A stretch of DNA of 64,000 nt from Eledone cirrhosa. Lineage: Eukaryota. Below, piece after piece: positions 1-13,553 of this stretch (within the stretch, counting starts at the first letter, position 1; each line of letters begins with the position of its first letter). Below the pieces are notes generated by a model, which searched no databases, was not told the DNA's origin, and saw nothing but the letters and a program-made list of their open reading frames with translations. The translations under genes were made by a program, and so were the position numbers. Where the stretch lies: assembly GCA_964016885.1 (NCBI GenBank), contig OZ024740.1:160332001-160396000 (forward strand), given 5' to 3'.

Positions 1-394
1 ATATAGGCTGAGTGGTGTAAATAATAGGAATGGGAAACAAGATCCCTCACAGTAGGAAACAAAACAGATGTAGGAAACCTAGGAGTCATGACCTAGATGA
101 ACATGGTTCCCTTAAAGTGTTAGGAGGAATCAAGGATCAAAACACTTGCTTGATGGGAGTTCTTCCTTTGAAGATACTTCTGTCTGCTTGCCCCATCGTG
201 AGTTTCTGCCTACTATATATATATATATGTGTGTGTGTGCAGTTCTGTTTACATGCCAACACAAGAGCAAGAATGAGGGGTTCATTCTACTGATATAGCT
301 GAAAAGCGGCTGTTTGCATAATTGCAAATGAAACTAATATATTTCTTCCATATACTGTGCTGTTTGTTTTGTTATTTTTTTAATTACTTTTACA

Positions 395-427
<33 letters not shown>

Positions 428-435
<8 letters not shown>

Positions 436-572
436 ATACTTTAGGAGGCTCATGCTGCCAGTAAAAACACATGCACCTGTTTGTTTTTCACTTCAATTTA
501 TTATAAATTTCTGGTTGGTTGTTTATATATTGTCAAAGCTCTTTCATCACACATTCTGTGACCTCCTCAGTG
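428..572 (-). mobile_element. Truncated Penelope-like pseudo-LTR (same family as 34128-38080), next to a (TA)n tract
   Basis: Reverse complement aligns by eye with the pLTR at 59833-60043 and 63812-64000 (ggtcacagaatgtgtga, aattgaagtgaaa, aaagtataacaatat). Confidence 0.8.
532..572 (-). ncRNA. Hammerhead ribozyme motif, stem I 5' strand truncated
   Basis: Minus strand reads CA-CTGAGGA-GGTCACAGAATGTGTGAT-GAAA-GAGC-TT-TGAC. Confidence 0.65.
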
Positions 573-652
573 TATGAAATTGTAACATAAGCATGATTTA
601 TATTTAATATTTATATAATATATAATATTTGATATATTCTTTGTGTGCATTT

Positions 653-716
<64 letters not shown>

Positions 717-860
717 AAAGTTAAACAAGGTTCAATGAATACATAAAAAAATGAGTTTTACAATAGATTGGAAGCACTCAACAGAAAATGTTTTCCAGAG
801 TTATTAATATTAATTCAAAATATTAACAAAATAGATGTTCTTGTGATCAATTATATTTTA

Positions 861-916
861 TTATACATATTTCAGAGGTACTGAGTTAAGTTGAACAGTA
901 CGTCCTCATCAGATAA
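861..916 (-). ncRNA. Hammerhead-like motif
   Basis: TTAT-CTGATGA-GGACGTACTG...CAGTACCTCT-GAAA-TATGTATAA; the cleavage-site register is imperfect. Confidence 0.55.
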
Positions 917-2229
917 AATAGGATGATGCATGACATACCCTGACATAGTAGATGGTTAAGAATCAGTTATGGTAGTGATTAACATATGACAAAACTCAAT
1001 ATTTATACCCTAATATTGAGAAGATGAGATAACATAATACAAACAATAGAGAGGGTACGTGTGATACAGCTTAAAAAAATACAAGGCATCAATATAACAG
1101 TTAAAAAATTCTTTTTTAAAAACTACTGAAGAGAGAGAGGAAAAGGAAAGCATAGAGGAAGAAACAGCTGATGTGATAATATATTTAATAGGTGGCTCGA
1201 AAAAACCAATGAAAGATGATTAAAGAGAGAGAGAGACAAAGGGGAGTAATTTATGTTCAAGTTTATGTACAATTTTCCATATTAATTGTTGGCCGTTAAT
1301 ATTCAAAATATTTAATTTAAGTTATTTCAGAGTAATGAATAATATTTTAGGTTTTAAAAGTTAATAGGTATTTGTATTAATATTATAATTATGTTTAATT
1401 TTTAAAATTCAAATTTTATGAAAAGAAATTTAAAGGATTTACGAAACACAAGAAAGAAAATATATATAATGCTTTTATACCCTCACGAAGGTAACCTTTA
1501 CCAAAATTATTTATAATATTGACAACAGTTTATATAATACAATTCATAAAATAATTCTATTTATAATTATTAAAGAATTTATTGTTAAATAGTTTGAGTG
1601 CCTAAAGGATCAACCGGCCTTATAACTAAACTTAAAGAAGTCTGAATTTTTAATTATATATATGTGTTGATCAAAAAATATACAAGGATTATAGTTTATT
1701 ATTTGTTTATAATTGAGGTGAAACCTTTCAAATATATATAATATAAAACAATAATATAATATAGTAAATAAGTTACTGAAAATATTGTTCACAAAATATA
1801 TATAGTTAAAAAATATTGTTAAAAAATTAATATTTTATATCAATTATTTTCATTTAGTTGATATACACTATACACATATAAGTCAAAACTACATGAATCC
1901 TAATGGGCTAGATACAAAGTAAATATACAAATAAAAGATAATGAATTGTTTGCAAAACTTAAATATGCCCAATATTAAAAATATATTATAAATGTAATAG
2001 GGTTTTAATATAGTAGACAAAAGATACATCTAAAATATTTTAGCAAATGTGATAGAAAGAGGAGCTAAGTATTTGAAAAAGCCGAATGTAATCAAAATTT
2101 AATTAAAATAAAATAAGATAAATTAAATTATATTGAGTTATATATATTGAGTTTCGTCATATGTTAATCACTACCATGACTGAATCTTAACCATCTACTA
2201 TGTCAAGGTATGTCATGCATCATCCTATT

Positions 2230-2285
2230 TTATCTGATGAGGACGTACTGTTAAACTTAACTCAGTACCTCTTAAATATGTATAA
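2230..2285 (+). ncRNA. Hammerhead-like motif, inverted copy with GAAA changed to TAAA
   Basis: Inverted copy of 861-916. Confidence 0.45.
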
Positions 2286-2332
2286 TAAAATATAATTGAT
2301 CACAAGAATATCTATTTTGTTAATATTTTGAA

Positions 2333-2372
<40 letters not shown>

Positions 2373-2449
2373 TTATAATATTAAATATTAAATCATGCTT
2401 ATGTTACAACTTCATACATTTGTATACCTTGGCAGATACATAGGTACAT

Positions 2450-3430
2450 TATAGAACATACATACTTACACCAGTAGAAAACCACCTAGTTAACTCTAAA
2501 TATACCTTCAGGTATGAGAAACATAAAAACAAACATATGGCCATATCACAATACGTGTGGGGGCTTAAAATGATTATGGCATAAAATATACACCTATTGA
2601 ATAGTCCATAATCATTTACTTTGTGTTCCACATAAACGGAGCAAAGCAGTGCCAACTCTATATAGTTGTAAATATATTTTCTTGATGTAGCATTTACATG
2701 AATTGAATAAAAGAATAATGATAGATTGTATTAAAAAAAAGCAGAGATCATGTCAAAATGTCATCATGAAATTCTACCTTGTAATTTATAGCTGATATCT
2801 AATTAATCTTTAAGAATTATGCTATACACACATTCGTTTGTGGTGTGACATTTGTCAATGATCCCATTAACATTTAAAGAAACATAAAACTTTGTTCATT
2901 GAGATGTAAAATAAAAACCTGGTCCACATCTGGTATTGAATACAAGTATTGGCACCACACACACACACAGAGAGAGAGGGAGATAGAGAGAGAGGTGTTC
3001 TGCATAGTAAATACACATTTAGTAAGTTCTCTCACATGTACTATAGTGACTTGAAAAACTCGGATTAACTGCAATTATTCATGTTACTAATCAGACTTCC
3101 TTCTAGGGGGTATCTTAAATTGAAAAAGCAATTAATATCTGCCAATCAAAATATTTGGGTAATGAAGAAAATGTAGAGAAGAGTTGATTTAGAGACAGCT
3201 AGTGAAAGGAATGACTATGTTTCAATCTTATTAGATCTCTTCACTGAATCATATTCAACTCAATTGGCAAGACTTAGAAGTGTTCAAATACATAAAAATA
3301 GAGACAATACAGTAATGCTGATGACAAATACCAACAATATGGCTGAAAGAAAATAATTTAGAGGACGTATTTATTAGAAATGAAATCCCTCTAGAGCTGT
3401 TTAACCTTTTCTTTACCATGTTTCTTATGA
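2450..3430 (+). pseudogene. Possible highly decayed piggyBac-like transposase fragments
   Basis: Short translated motifs SQYV..NDYGIK and IFLD..FT (~2550-2700) and PLELFNLFFT (~3388-3417) resemble piggyBac transposase blocks; no open frame. Confidence 0.3.
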
Positions 3431-4182
3431 AAGACACTGCTAATTATTTCCAGATAATTTTGAAAATAATCAAGAATTTGAAGGGTTTTAATAAACTTAC
3501 TAATCTGCTCATTACTAAACTAATGTTTGTTGCATAACTTAAAGCTTCTTACAATAAATTATGATGAAGCTTTTTATATAAGTATGAACAATTTAAATAA
3601 CCAGTTTGGTATTATGGAATCAGGAGGGAATTCAGATGATTTGGTATAAAAAAAATTAAAATAAAAACAACAGAGGCAAGGCAGATAACTCAAATAATAT
3701 CAGTCAAATAATGAATTAAATGAATTGTGATTATTTAATCAGAAATGTTCAACATAATCCAAGTAGGTCAGTGGTCCATGCCAAAGTTTTGATGGTCCAA
3801 TGAAAGTTTCATAAAACTAAGTCACAATGTTTTACATAAGACTCCCATTTTCCTTTGCCTAATCAAGATGGTGCACCATATCTGACATATTTTTGGGAGG
3901 CCTTGGTGGTATATGATACTTCCACTGCAATGACTAAGCTTTGGTTTCCAGGTTGTGCTCATACATCCAGCAACAGGTGTAAGGGAAATGTGATGAAATG
4001 TGATGAAAGTGATTGATGCATCAAGTGCAGGTGTGTGAATGTATGCAGCTCCACTTAGCACATTATTATTTTCCTAATATCATTACTTCTAATAGGAAAA
4101 AAAAATAGTCAGATACCTTTTCGACAAACCTCATATTAGTTCCTCGTTATTACTATGGTTTTTAGAGCATAAAGATTCATAT

Positions 4183-4332
4183 AATTGTTTCTACTTTTGG
4201 CAGAAGAGCACCAATTATCCCGGTGCTTTATTTTATCGACCCTGTGAGGATCAAAACCAAAGTTAACCTCACCAGGATTTGAACTCAGACTATAAAGGGC
4301 CGTAACTCTATCTACCAATACTGCCAATCTAC
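4183..4332 (-). mobile_element. tRNA-derived SINE (family A)
   Basis: Minus strand has an A-box-like TGGCAGTATTGG, B-box GAGTTCAAATCC and the central ...gtcgataaaataaa domain shared with other copies. Confidence 0.8.
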
Positions 4333-4645
4333 TGCCCTTTCATATAATAATTCATATAATAGAACGTTTTTAGATAAATATAAACACCTTAAAACATTTT
4401 CTTTTTAAATGTGGAGATTATTATTTTTAAATTCCAGTATTTTAATGCAGTGTAGGATGTATATAGGAAAGACCTAATCATACTGAAGAAGGAATACCAA
4501 AATCGATAATTAGTGATTGATACTAACTATTGTAATCAAAGGTTACCATTCCTTTTTTGATTTAAAAAAAAACAGATCTATGTCTATGAAAGTATAGCCC
4601 ACTTTAACACCTAGGAGTATGTATCTAAATTTACATATTGTCTGT

Positions 4646-4711
<66 letters not shown>

Positions 4712-5193
4712 GAGAAGAAAGAATGAGGAATACTGCGTGGTTGCACATGGGTTACATATTATAAAATTAGTCCCTCGTCAGTGATTTGCCAACCATCATT
4801 GGTATTTCGTCGCATTAAAAATCATATACCTCAGGTTGGTGTGAGCAATAACTAAAAAAAGCTATTGGGACAAGTGAGTCGCGTAAAGCGAGTGAGACAA
4901 GTAAACAACATAGAAGGATAAAAGCAAACCGAAGATAGAAAAAAAAAAACAAGCAACATGGTTATCCGGTCAGCATAAGCTGGGTGAATTTCATGAGCGT
5001 TCAGAATACAGACCGTCCGATGTGAGTGAGAATGTGAGAAAGAAAGAAAGAACCCCACTACCAACGAAACGGGAGGAAGTGAGAAGGGGAGAAACAGAGA
5101 GTGAGTGAGTGGAAGTGCGAGGAAGAGGTCAGTCGAGAGAAAGTGCAACTGAAAGAAGGTGAGAGAAACAGAGAGAACATATATATATATATA

Positions 5194-5410
5194 TGTCTAC
5201 ATGAATGGACCTGTTATTTTTATCTAAAGACATTTTCTCCAATTTCAACCCGCCCGTCCCCTCAATCTATCTTATTTCTCATTCCTTCTTCTGATGAAGG
5301 ACTAGCGTCCGCAACGTTAAGACCCTTTTCCTGCTATATCAAGCGTTTACCTAATATATCCCTTCCATATAGTGTACCGATTGTGTTGTTATTTCTGTTT
5401 ACCTTTTACA
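5194..5410 (+). mobile_element. ~215-bp non-coding hammerhead mini-element, copy 1, between TA tracts
   Basis: End-to-end homologous to 18835-19050 in the opposite orientation. Confidence 0.8.
5287..5322 (+). ncRNA. Minimal type I hammerhead, GAAA mutated to GCAA
   Basis: TCTT-CTGATGA-A-GGAC-TAGC-GTCC-GCAA-CG-TT-AAGA. Confidence 0.7.
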
Positions 5411-7130
5411 TACATATATATGTATATATATATATATATTTATATACTATTTTGTTTCTCAATTGATATATCCTCTTATATATTGTTCATACTTATATTA
5501 TAGATGCTCTGGACAGAAGTGTATTGAACTTTTTATTGCGAAACATTATCAATATACATTTTATATGTATTGATTAAGTTAGCTGTATTTATGTATTTGT
5601 GTATGTTTATATATATATATATATATGACGAACAGCCGTTTTTGTAGACAAGTTGTTTTAAAAACATAACTATGTTCTTTTTTTCTATTATTGTTATATA
5701 TTCTATTATAGTTTTAAAAAAAAATCATATGAGCCCTTTGCAGTTGTAATGGAACCCTAAACTTCTTAAATCCAGTAACAACACTTCTATATTTTCACAG
5801 TCTCATCTTTGGCTTGTAGAGAGCGGTTGGCTTTCATATCTGCCTCTTTTAAAGTAGGGAATTTAATTTTCTGTATATGTTATTGCTAGAATTTGGGTAG
5901 GCTTCATCACTAGAATTTGATCATGAGAATTATAAGTCATCACTCATATGTTTAATTTAGTTATATGTACAGGTTGTTTGTGTATTTATTTTAGCATTGT
6001 GTTATGATCAATGTTTTCATCATTAATCATGTAGTGAATTTTATATAGTATGGATGTATTGTTCAATATTTTTTGTGGTGTGTGGTAAGCTGTAATTGAT
6101 TCCTATTCTAAGGATTAATGAAATGTACATATACAGAACAGCTTTTCTTTTAGATGTATAGTATTGATTTCTTTATAAATCTTCTATGTAGTATTTAAAA
6201 AATAACATTTATTAGTCTATTCATATTTTCAAACCTTCTCAATCTCATTTTCAGAATAGAGTGGTGAATGTGGCACTAATTTTGCCATGTTTTTTTTTTT
6301 GTTATTTTTATTATTTATTTATTTTTTTGCAAGCAAATGATGTTACAAATAATATAACTACTAAAATTCTGTTATTGGATTTATTAACATACATCAACAT
6401 CATCATTTAACACCCACTTTCCCTGCTAGCAAAGGCTGGATGGTTCTTCACTGACCAAGTCAGTATTGAAGCGGGGCTACAAATATTCCCAATAGGCAGG
6501 CAGGGGGTCTGTATGTACACTAGAGATGTTGTCATGCCGTTGACACACCTGAAGCATCCTCTCAACCTTTTTAGGCATGGTTTCTACAGCAAGTGCCTTT
6601 CTTTTGCCACCCACCTTAGAGGGTGTACTGAGTTCATTTTTATAGCACCAACACTAGAAAGGGTGTTGGTCATCGTCCCTGCTAAAGAACCCTTTCTGAT
6701 TTCTGGGGGTTGGAGAGGGAAAAGGAGATAGGTATCAAGTTATCTCCTTTTCCCTCTCCAACCCCCAGTGTCAGGTGTTTTGTGATTTGATAGGGTGATG
6801 AAAGGTGACAATAGTGAACGAGGAGGGAGAGGGGTGTAATGGTGGTAAAGAAAGTAGTAGTGGTGAGGATGCCTACACAAAGATGGTGTAAGGGGTTTGC
6901 ATGCATGGTGTGGTTAATAGTTCAGGGGAGTAGGGGCTCTCACCAGTGTCAGGAAGAGGTTTAGTGAAGGAGATAGTAGTTAGGGGGTGATAGGCTAAGA
7001 AGCTTAAGTGGGATGCACATGTGTAGGGAGAGTAGCTACTGGGTGATAGTGAAGGGAGAATGGATAAGGGGGGGGGGGGTGAGGTCACATTTTATATTGT
7101 TGGCCTGGACTTACAGCATAACATTAGCCC

Positions 7131-7163
<33 letters not shown>

Positions 7164-8149
7164 TATAATTAAGGGTAGATTTTCGATGGGATCAGGAAAA
7201 AGAACACAGTTAGAAAGGTACTCAATGTATAAGCATCTTTATTTTATATAGAAATGTCTTTTACATGACTAGAATTGTGAACTGATTGATTCATATGATA
7301 TCATCATTTTTTTTTATTTTTCATTTTACGTCCGCTTTTCCCTGCTTGCAAGGGCGGGACTAGATATATATATCATGATCATCACTACCATATGTTAATT
7401 GAATATAAACATATTATATATTTTCAAATACACCTCTATATATATATACATGTGTGTGTATGAATACAGATGAGGATGTGCAATCCCCACCCTGTTCACC
7501 TGTGCTATATCCTTGAAAGCCAGATTTGTTCCACAATGTATTCTCATGGGATGTCGATTGCACTCCCAGCAAGCAACTTGTAGCCTAATGCTTGCACACT
7601 GATATGACTGTCATAATTGCCTCAACAAGTGGGCCAAGTCTACAGTGAACATCCACATGTTGCAATGGCATAGCATTGGTGAGATAATAAAATTCCCCAA
7701 GTTCACACTGTAAAGTAGCAGAGCTGATGCCATGACAAAATCTCTCAAACTGTGATAGGAAGGGTATGTAGCCATAGAAAACCAAACCCAAAACAGAGTA
7801 TGAATAAGAGCTGGTCACATGACCTGTCCGGCCATATAATGTGCCATGCAAGCATGGGAAATAGACATTAAACAATGATGATGATGATGTATATATATAC
7901 ACACACGCACAGATATACACGTATGTGTGTGTGTCTGTATATGTGGAGAGAAAGTGAGTGAATGAAAGAGGGAGAGAGAGAGGAGATAGAAGTAAATAAA
8001 AAGAGATTTCTACTTGGATGATTTACAATCTGAAGAATTATTTTGGTAGATATGATTAAAGGAAACTAATACATAAAAAGGAGAAATTTCTGAGAAGTGT
8101 GGAACAAGACAGCAGAAATAAATATATAAGTTAAAAACACATACAAGTT

Positions 8150-8152
8150 TAT

Positions 8153-8184
<32 letters not shown>

Positions 8185-8251
8185 CACACACACATATATG
8201 TATATGTGTATATATATGCATATATATGTATATATATATATATGTATATAT

Positions 8252-8291
<40 letters not shown>

Positions 8292-8393
8292 GTGTATATA
8301 TGTATATATATATATATCTGTATATATATATATACATATATCTGCATATGTATATATCTGCATATAGATATATATGTCTACACACACACACAC

Positions 8394-8431
<38 letters not shown>

Positions 8432-8520
8432 TACACATATATATATATACACATACATATATATATATACACACACACATATATATATATATATAAATAT
8501 ATACACACACATATATATAT

Positions 8521-8585
<65 letters not shown>

Positions 8586-8605
8586 CATATATATCTGTAT
8601 ACATA
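8150..8605. repeat. Compound (TA)n/(CA)n microsatellite
   Basis: Direct reading; source of the spurious IYIY ORFs. Confidence 0.95.
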
Positions 8606-10230
8606 TAGTAATAATAATAATAAATAGATAGAGAGAGAGAAATGAAATCTAAAATAGATAGTAAAGATGTCTGGAAAATTTTGCATTTCATGAGTTTGCC
8701 AATTATAGAAATCTGTGACTAGTTTTTTTTTTAATATTTCATGAAAAAAGGGCCATTTATTTCTTTGGAGAGCATAAGATGGAAATGCAGCTCTTATGCG
8801 AAATGGCAAAATTAGAAAGGTGCGTCATCGAAATTCTAAGTAGGAGTTATACACGCTTTAAGCATTCACTTAGATTTTGTTTCTATAGAATTATGTGATT
8901 AGGCACTGGTATTTTGGCATTGCATCTGTCAAGTATCATCAAACATGAAAAAAATTCTTTGGGAAAGGATGTGATAGCAGTATTAATAAAATTGTTTTTT
9001 TCTTGTATTATTATCATTATTATTATTATCATCATCATCATTATCAATATTATTATTTATATTATTGTTGAGAGTGGTAGACTGACTGAATATTTAAAGT
9101 GTCAGACAAATGACTCTTTACATTCTTAGTAAGTTAGAAATATTACAAAATCCATCTAAATTCTTATTTTCAAATTAAATTGAAAATCATAGTTAGTTAG
9201 TCTTTCATAAGAAATATGGTACCGAAAATGTTAATCTTATTTCTCCTCATAAATTGAAGATCTTGTATTCTATAAGAAATCACTAGTTATTAAAAATTCA
9301 TAAAGATATGAGAATTTACAGCATAAACCAACCCATGCTAGCCTTGAAAAATAACTATAACAAAGAACTATTATCTATAGAATGGCAGAATGGAAAATGC
9401 CAGACAAATGATTTGCAGGTTTTTGTTCTAGTTCTTTATGTTCTGAATTCAAAATCTGTCAATGTCACTAAACTAATGTATCAGTCAAGTACTAAAACTG
9501 ACTAGAATTGACTTTCTTTACTCCATCAAAATTATTGACTCCTTGCATAACTTAGAAACCATTAACATTATCATCACCACCAACAGAAGAGCTATCATAA
9601 CGGGAAATATTTCACACAATAATGCAATTTTAAACCTAACCATATACATGTCATTTTCTTCATCAAAATTATCCACTAAATGGTGAGCAGTATTTATTAT
9701 CAACATCATCATCATCATCATTCCTGTTTTTCCATTGACTTTTCTATACTGGCATGGGTTGGATGAGATTTATTTGGTGCAGTATTATAGGGCTGAAGTA
9801 GGATATAAACAAACATCACTGCTGGTGCAGATAGTGACAAATAGGAAGCAAAAACACAGAGACATATACACACTACATACAGATGTAGACACACATACAT
9901 GCATGCTCATACATGCATAAATCTTCATCATTATCATCTTCCTCATATGGTTTCTACAGCTTGATGCTCTTCCTGAATCTAATCACCTTACAGAGCCTAT
10001 TGGGTATCATGACACCATCACTAGATTACTGCAGATTATGAAAAAAATGAATTATGAATATCAACATTGGCCTATGGAATTTTCATTTTTGTATGTTTAC
10101 TTCATCATGGACTAACAAATCGTTGGAAGGATGCACATGAAACTGAGTGCTTGAACATTATCATTTACTGGTTGGAGTGTTGCATACACAGCCTTGGTTA
10201 GTCATCTTATAATATGTATGTATATATATG

Positions 10231-13200
10231 TTTGTCCTGGGTATGACATTAAACTACATCCAGTGGCAAGGCTCCAGTTCGGGAGTTCAGGAGATGTGGG
10301 GAATGTGGAGTTACCCCTTAGTTGTCATGACTCCCAGGTCTGCCCTGGCCCGGGGTGGTAGTACCTGTTAGGGCTCCATTTATGGGTTAAATAACTACCT
10401 TATTCGAGTGCGCCGGTAAGGTATTGTCAGCCATTGAAAAGAAATATGGAGAGTCGATCTAACAGTACTAGGTTTAGAGCCCCTAATTACACTGTCAAGG
10501 AGCAGCCTGGTCGTTATGACTCTGCTGGCTTAGAGCCACAGAGAGGGCCAGTGGATGATGGATCAGCTGTCTCTGAGACAAATATAAAGAATGCAGTTTT
10601 GTCCTGCAGAAGAGCCATCAAAATGGGCACTTTGAATGTGAGGACTATTCGAACGCTGGAGAAGAGAGAGGAGTTGGGACATCTGTTCGAGGAGAGTGGT
10701 ATACAGATACTTGCGATCCAAGAACACAGGATTCTACACGATGAGCCCGTGAGGAGTGTGATGATCGGGAGGAAGATCCAGCTCATCACTACATCGGCAG
10801 TGAAGAACACAACAAATGCTGCAGTAGGAGTGGGTTTTGTGTTCAGTGCAGAAACCAATCTGTTGGTGAGGGGAAATAATGCCTATCTCCCCGCGAGTGT
10901 TGAGGGTGACCTTCAATGGAAACCCAAGACTGACAGTCATCTCAGCCTATAGTCCAACCGAGGGGGACAGTGATGTGAATGCGGAGGAGTTCCATGAGGA
11001 GGTGTGTAGAGCTGTCAACACCACTCAGGCACACAATATCCTGCTTGTTTTGGGGGACTTCAATGCACATCTGAGTAAGGAGGGCAGTGAAGATCCTTGC
11101 TGGTACTTCCATAACAACACCAACCGAAATGGAAGACTACTGAGAGGCACCCTGCTGGAGGCAAACTTGATGGCGACCAACCTAAGGTTTAGGAAGAATC
11201 TGGGGGAAGATGTGGACCTACATCTCAGATATGCACCTGTCCAAGTCCCAGATTGATTTCATTCTGGTGAGGAAAAAGTGGCGGAATAGTGTTCTGAACA
11301 CGGAACCATACAGCTATTTCAGTACACTGGGTAGTGACCACCGGCTTGTTATGAGTGAGGTCCGCGTGAGCTTAAGAAAGAGCAAGGCTCAGCCCCGGAG
11401 AACAATCTATGACTGGGGAGCTTTCAAGGAAGATGATAAGCTACAGGAGAGGTTCACAGTGGAAGTGAGAAACAGATTTAGTGCTCTGTGTGGAGAGTCA
11501 GAGGAGAGAGAGATTGGATGGACTGAGGAGAGTGTGACGAGGAGGTACGGGCACTTCACCAATGCAGTGGCGAAAGCAAGTGAAACACTGGTGCCAAGGA
11601 AAAAGAACAAAGGGAAGCACGTCAGCTCTGCAAACCCCAAAGTGTGTGCAGCCAGAGAACACCTGAAAGCTGCCAGGGACCAATTCTATGCTGATCCTAT
11701 GGAGGAGAGGATGGAGACTGTGGAGGTGATGAGGGAAGAGCTCTGTACCGCTTACACTGAGGTCAGAGAGGAGGCACTGATAGAGAAGATCAGAAGTGTG
11801 GAGAGAGCGGTTGACAGATCTGGATGTAAGGAGAGCTGGATGATCATCAACGAGATCACAGGGAGGAAGAAAAGGTGTTCGAGTCAGATCCAGGGAACGG
11901 GGCCCGAGGATAGGAAGAGGAAATGGCTAGACCATTTTAGGACCCTACTAGGAGAGCCACCCTCCACAGCCCAGAGCACTGGGGAGATTAGGCGGCTGTT
12001 TGAGGAACTGGATGTTGAGACAGAGCCCTTCACCAGAGAGGAGCTTCAGAGAGCCAAGAAGAAGATCAAGGAGGGCAGGGCTCATGGAGAAGATGGAGTG
12101 GCATCAGAGGTGATGAAGAGGTGTGATTTTGATTATATCATCCTGGGGTTCTGTAACGGGGCACTGGAGAAAGGAGTTGCACCGAATCAGTGGAGGATCA
12201 GTAACATCGTCCCAGTGCCAAAGAAGGGAGATCTCTCTAACACCAACAACTACCGGGGGATCTCACTGACGTCACTTGTGGCAAAGACCCTCAACAGGAT
12301 GATTCTTAACAGGATCCAGCCTGAGATGGAGAAGAAGCTCAGGGACAACCAGAACGGCTTCAGAGAGGGTAGATCAACCACCAGTCACATCCTGATGCTG
12401 AGGAGGATATTAGAGGGAGCTAGAGCAAAGTGCCTTCCTGCGGTCATGGTTTTCATTGACTTTAGGAAGGCCTTTGATTCTGTGGACCGTTACTGCCTGA
12501 TGAAGATCTTACAGGCTTATGGAATCCCCAAGAGGATAGTGGACCTGATATCACTGCTCTACACCAACACCAAAGCCCAAGTCATTACACCTGATGGGAT
12601 GACAGAGGTCTTTGAGATACTGGCTGGAGTGCTCCAGGGAGATACATTGGCTCCCTACCTTTTAATCATCGTAGTGGACTATTGTCTGCGCCTTGCACTG
12701 GAGAAACACCAGGACTCTGGCTTTACTGTAGCACCGGCTCAGAGCAGGAGAGTTGGGGCGAAAAGGTATCGGATGCTGAATTTGCCGACTACATAGTTTT
12801 GGTGACAAATACAGTGAAGGAGGCAGAGGATTTGATGCGGGAGGTTGAGACTGTGTCGATGAGTGTGGCGCTGAGAATGAATGAGACTAAAACAAAATAT
12901 CTGGTAGAGAATGCTGAGAAGCCAGAGGGGATCACTAATGTAGGCGGGAAGCCGCTGGAATTGGTTGAGGACTTCCTGTATTTGGGAGCAAAGATTGGGA
13001 ATACGGAGGATGATGTGGTTGAGAGGAAGAGCAAGGCCTGGGCGGCGTGCCACAGCTTGAGATCGGTGTGGAAGTCGGACCTTCGTAGAGACCTGAAAAT
13101 CCGCCTCTTCATTGCTGTAGTGGAGTCTGTGCTGCTGTATGGGTCTGAGACTTGGACACTGACCAAGAAACTCACTCAGATGGTGGATGGGTGCTACACG

Positions 13201-13553
13201 AGAATGCTGAGGATGGCTCTGAACATTAATCAGTATACACTGAGGATGAAAAACTCAGAGCTGTATGGGAGCATCCCAAAAGTCAGCTCAAAAGTGACAC
13301 AGAGGAGACTGAGGTTGGCTGGACATGCTCACTGACATCCAGAGTTGACATTGCACTCAGTGCTCCTTTGGGAGCCCCTACATGGACACACTAGAAGAGG
13401 AAGACCAAGGTTAACATATGTTGATGCCCTAAGGACAGACACTGGTCTGTTGGAGATGCAGGATATGGCAGCGATAATGAGGGACAGAGACCGCTGGAGA
13501 GAACTCGTCCATGGATCTCGGGAATTTTACCCACCTTAGATAGATAGATAGAT
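10231..13553 (+). mobile_element. Near-full-length RTE-clade LINE with (TAGA)n tail
   Basis: GC-richer block between TA-rich flanks, with APE + RT coding region and a TAGA repeat tail. Confidence 0.9.
10447..13539 (+). pseudogene. RTE ORF: APE endonuclease + reverse transcriptase, disrupted
   Basis: APE motifs GTLNVRT, AIQEHR, GDFNAH, IDFIL, SDH. RT motifs NYRGISL, FIDFRKAFDSV, GVLQGDTLAP, FADY (altered YADD), FLYLG. Frameshifts near 10870, 11205 and 12765; stop at 13333. Confidence 0.9.

Larger units (their letters stand above)
804..2338 (-). mobile_element. Degenerate Penelope-like fragment bounded by ~190-bp inverted pLTR copies
   Basis: 804-1001 is the reverse complement of 2144-2338. 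Both arms carry CTGATGA-hairpin-(G/T)AAA and there are TA tracts nearby. The interior is AT-rich decayed sequence with only a weak trace of the endonuclease. Confidence 0.6.

Noticed and set aside
4470-4790. Partial hammerhead cores at ~4483 (+) and ~4775 (-)
   Set aside because: The first lacks GAAA and a proper stem I; the second lacks GAAA. Possible relics, not supportable.
8010-8809. Long IYIY/VCVC ORFs, also at 22589-22873, 58549-58818 and 59994-61694
   Set aside because: Translations of (TA)n/(CA)n microsatellites, not genes.
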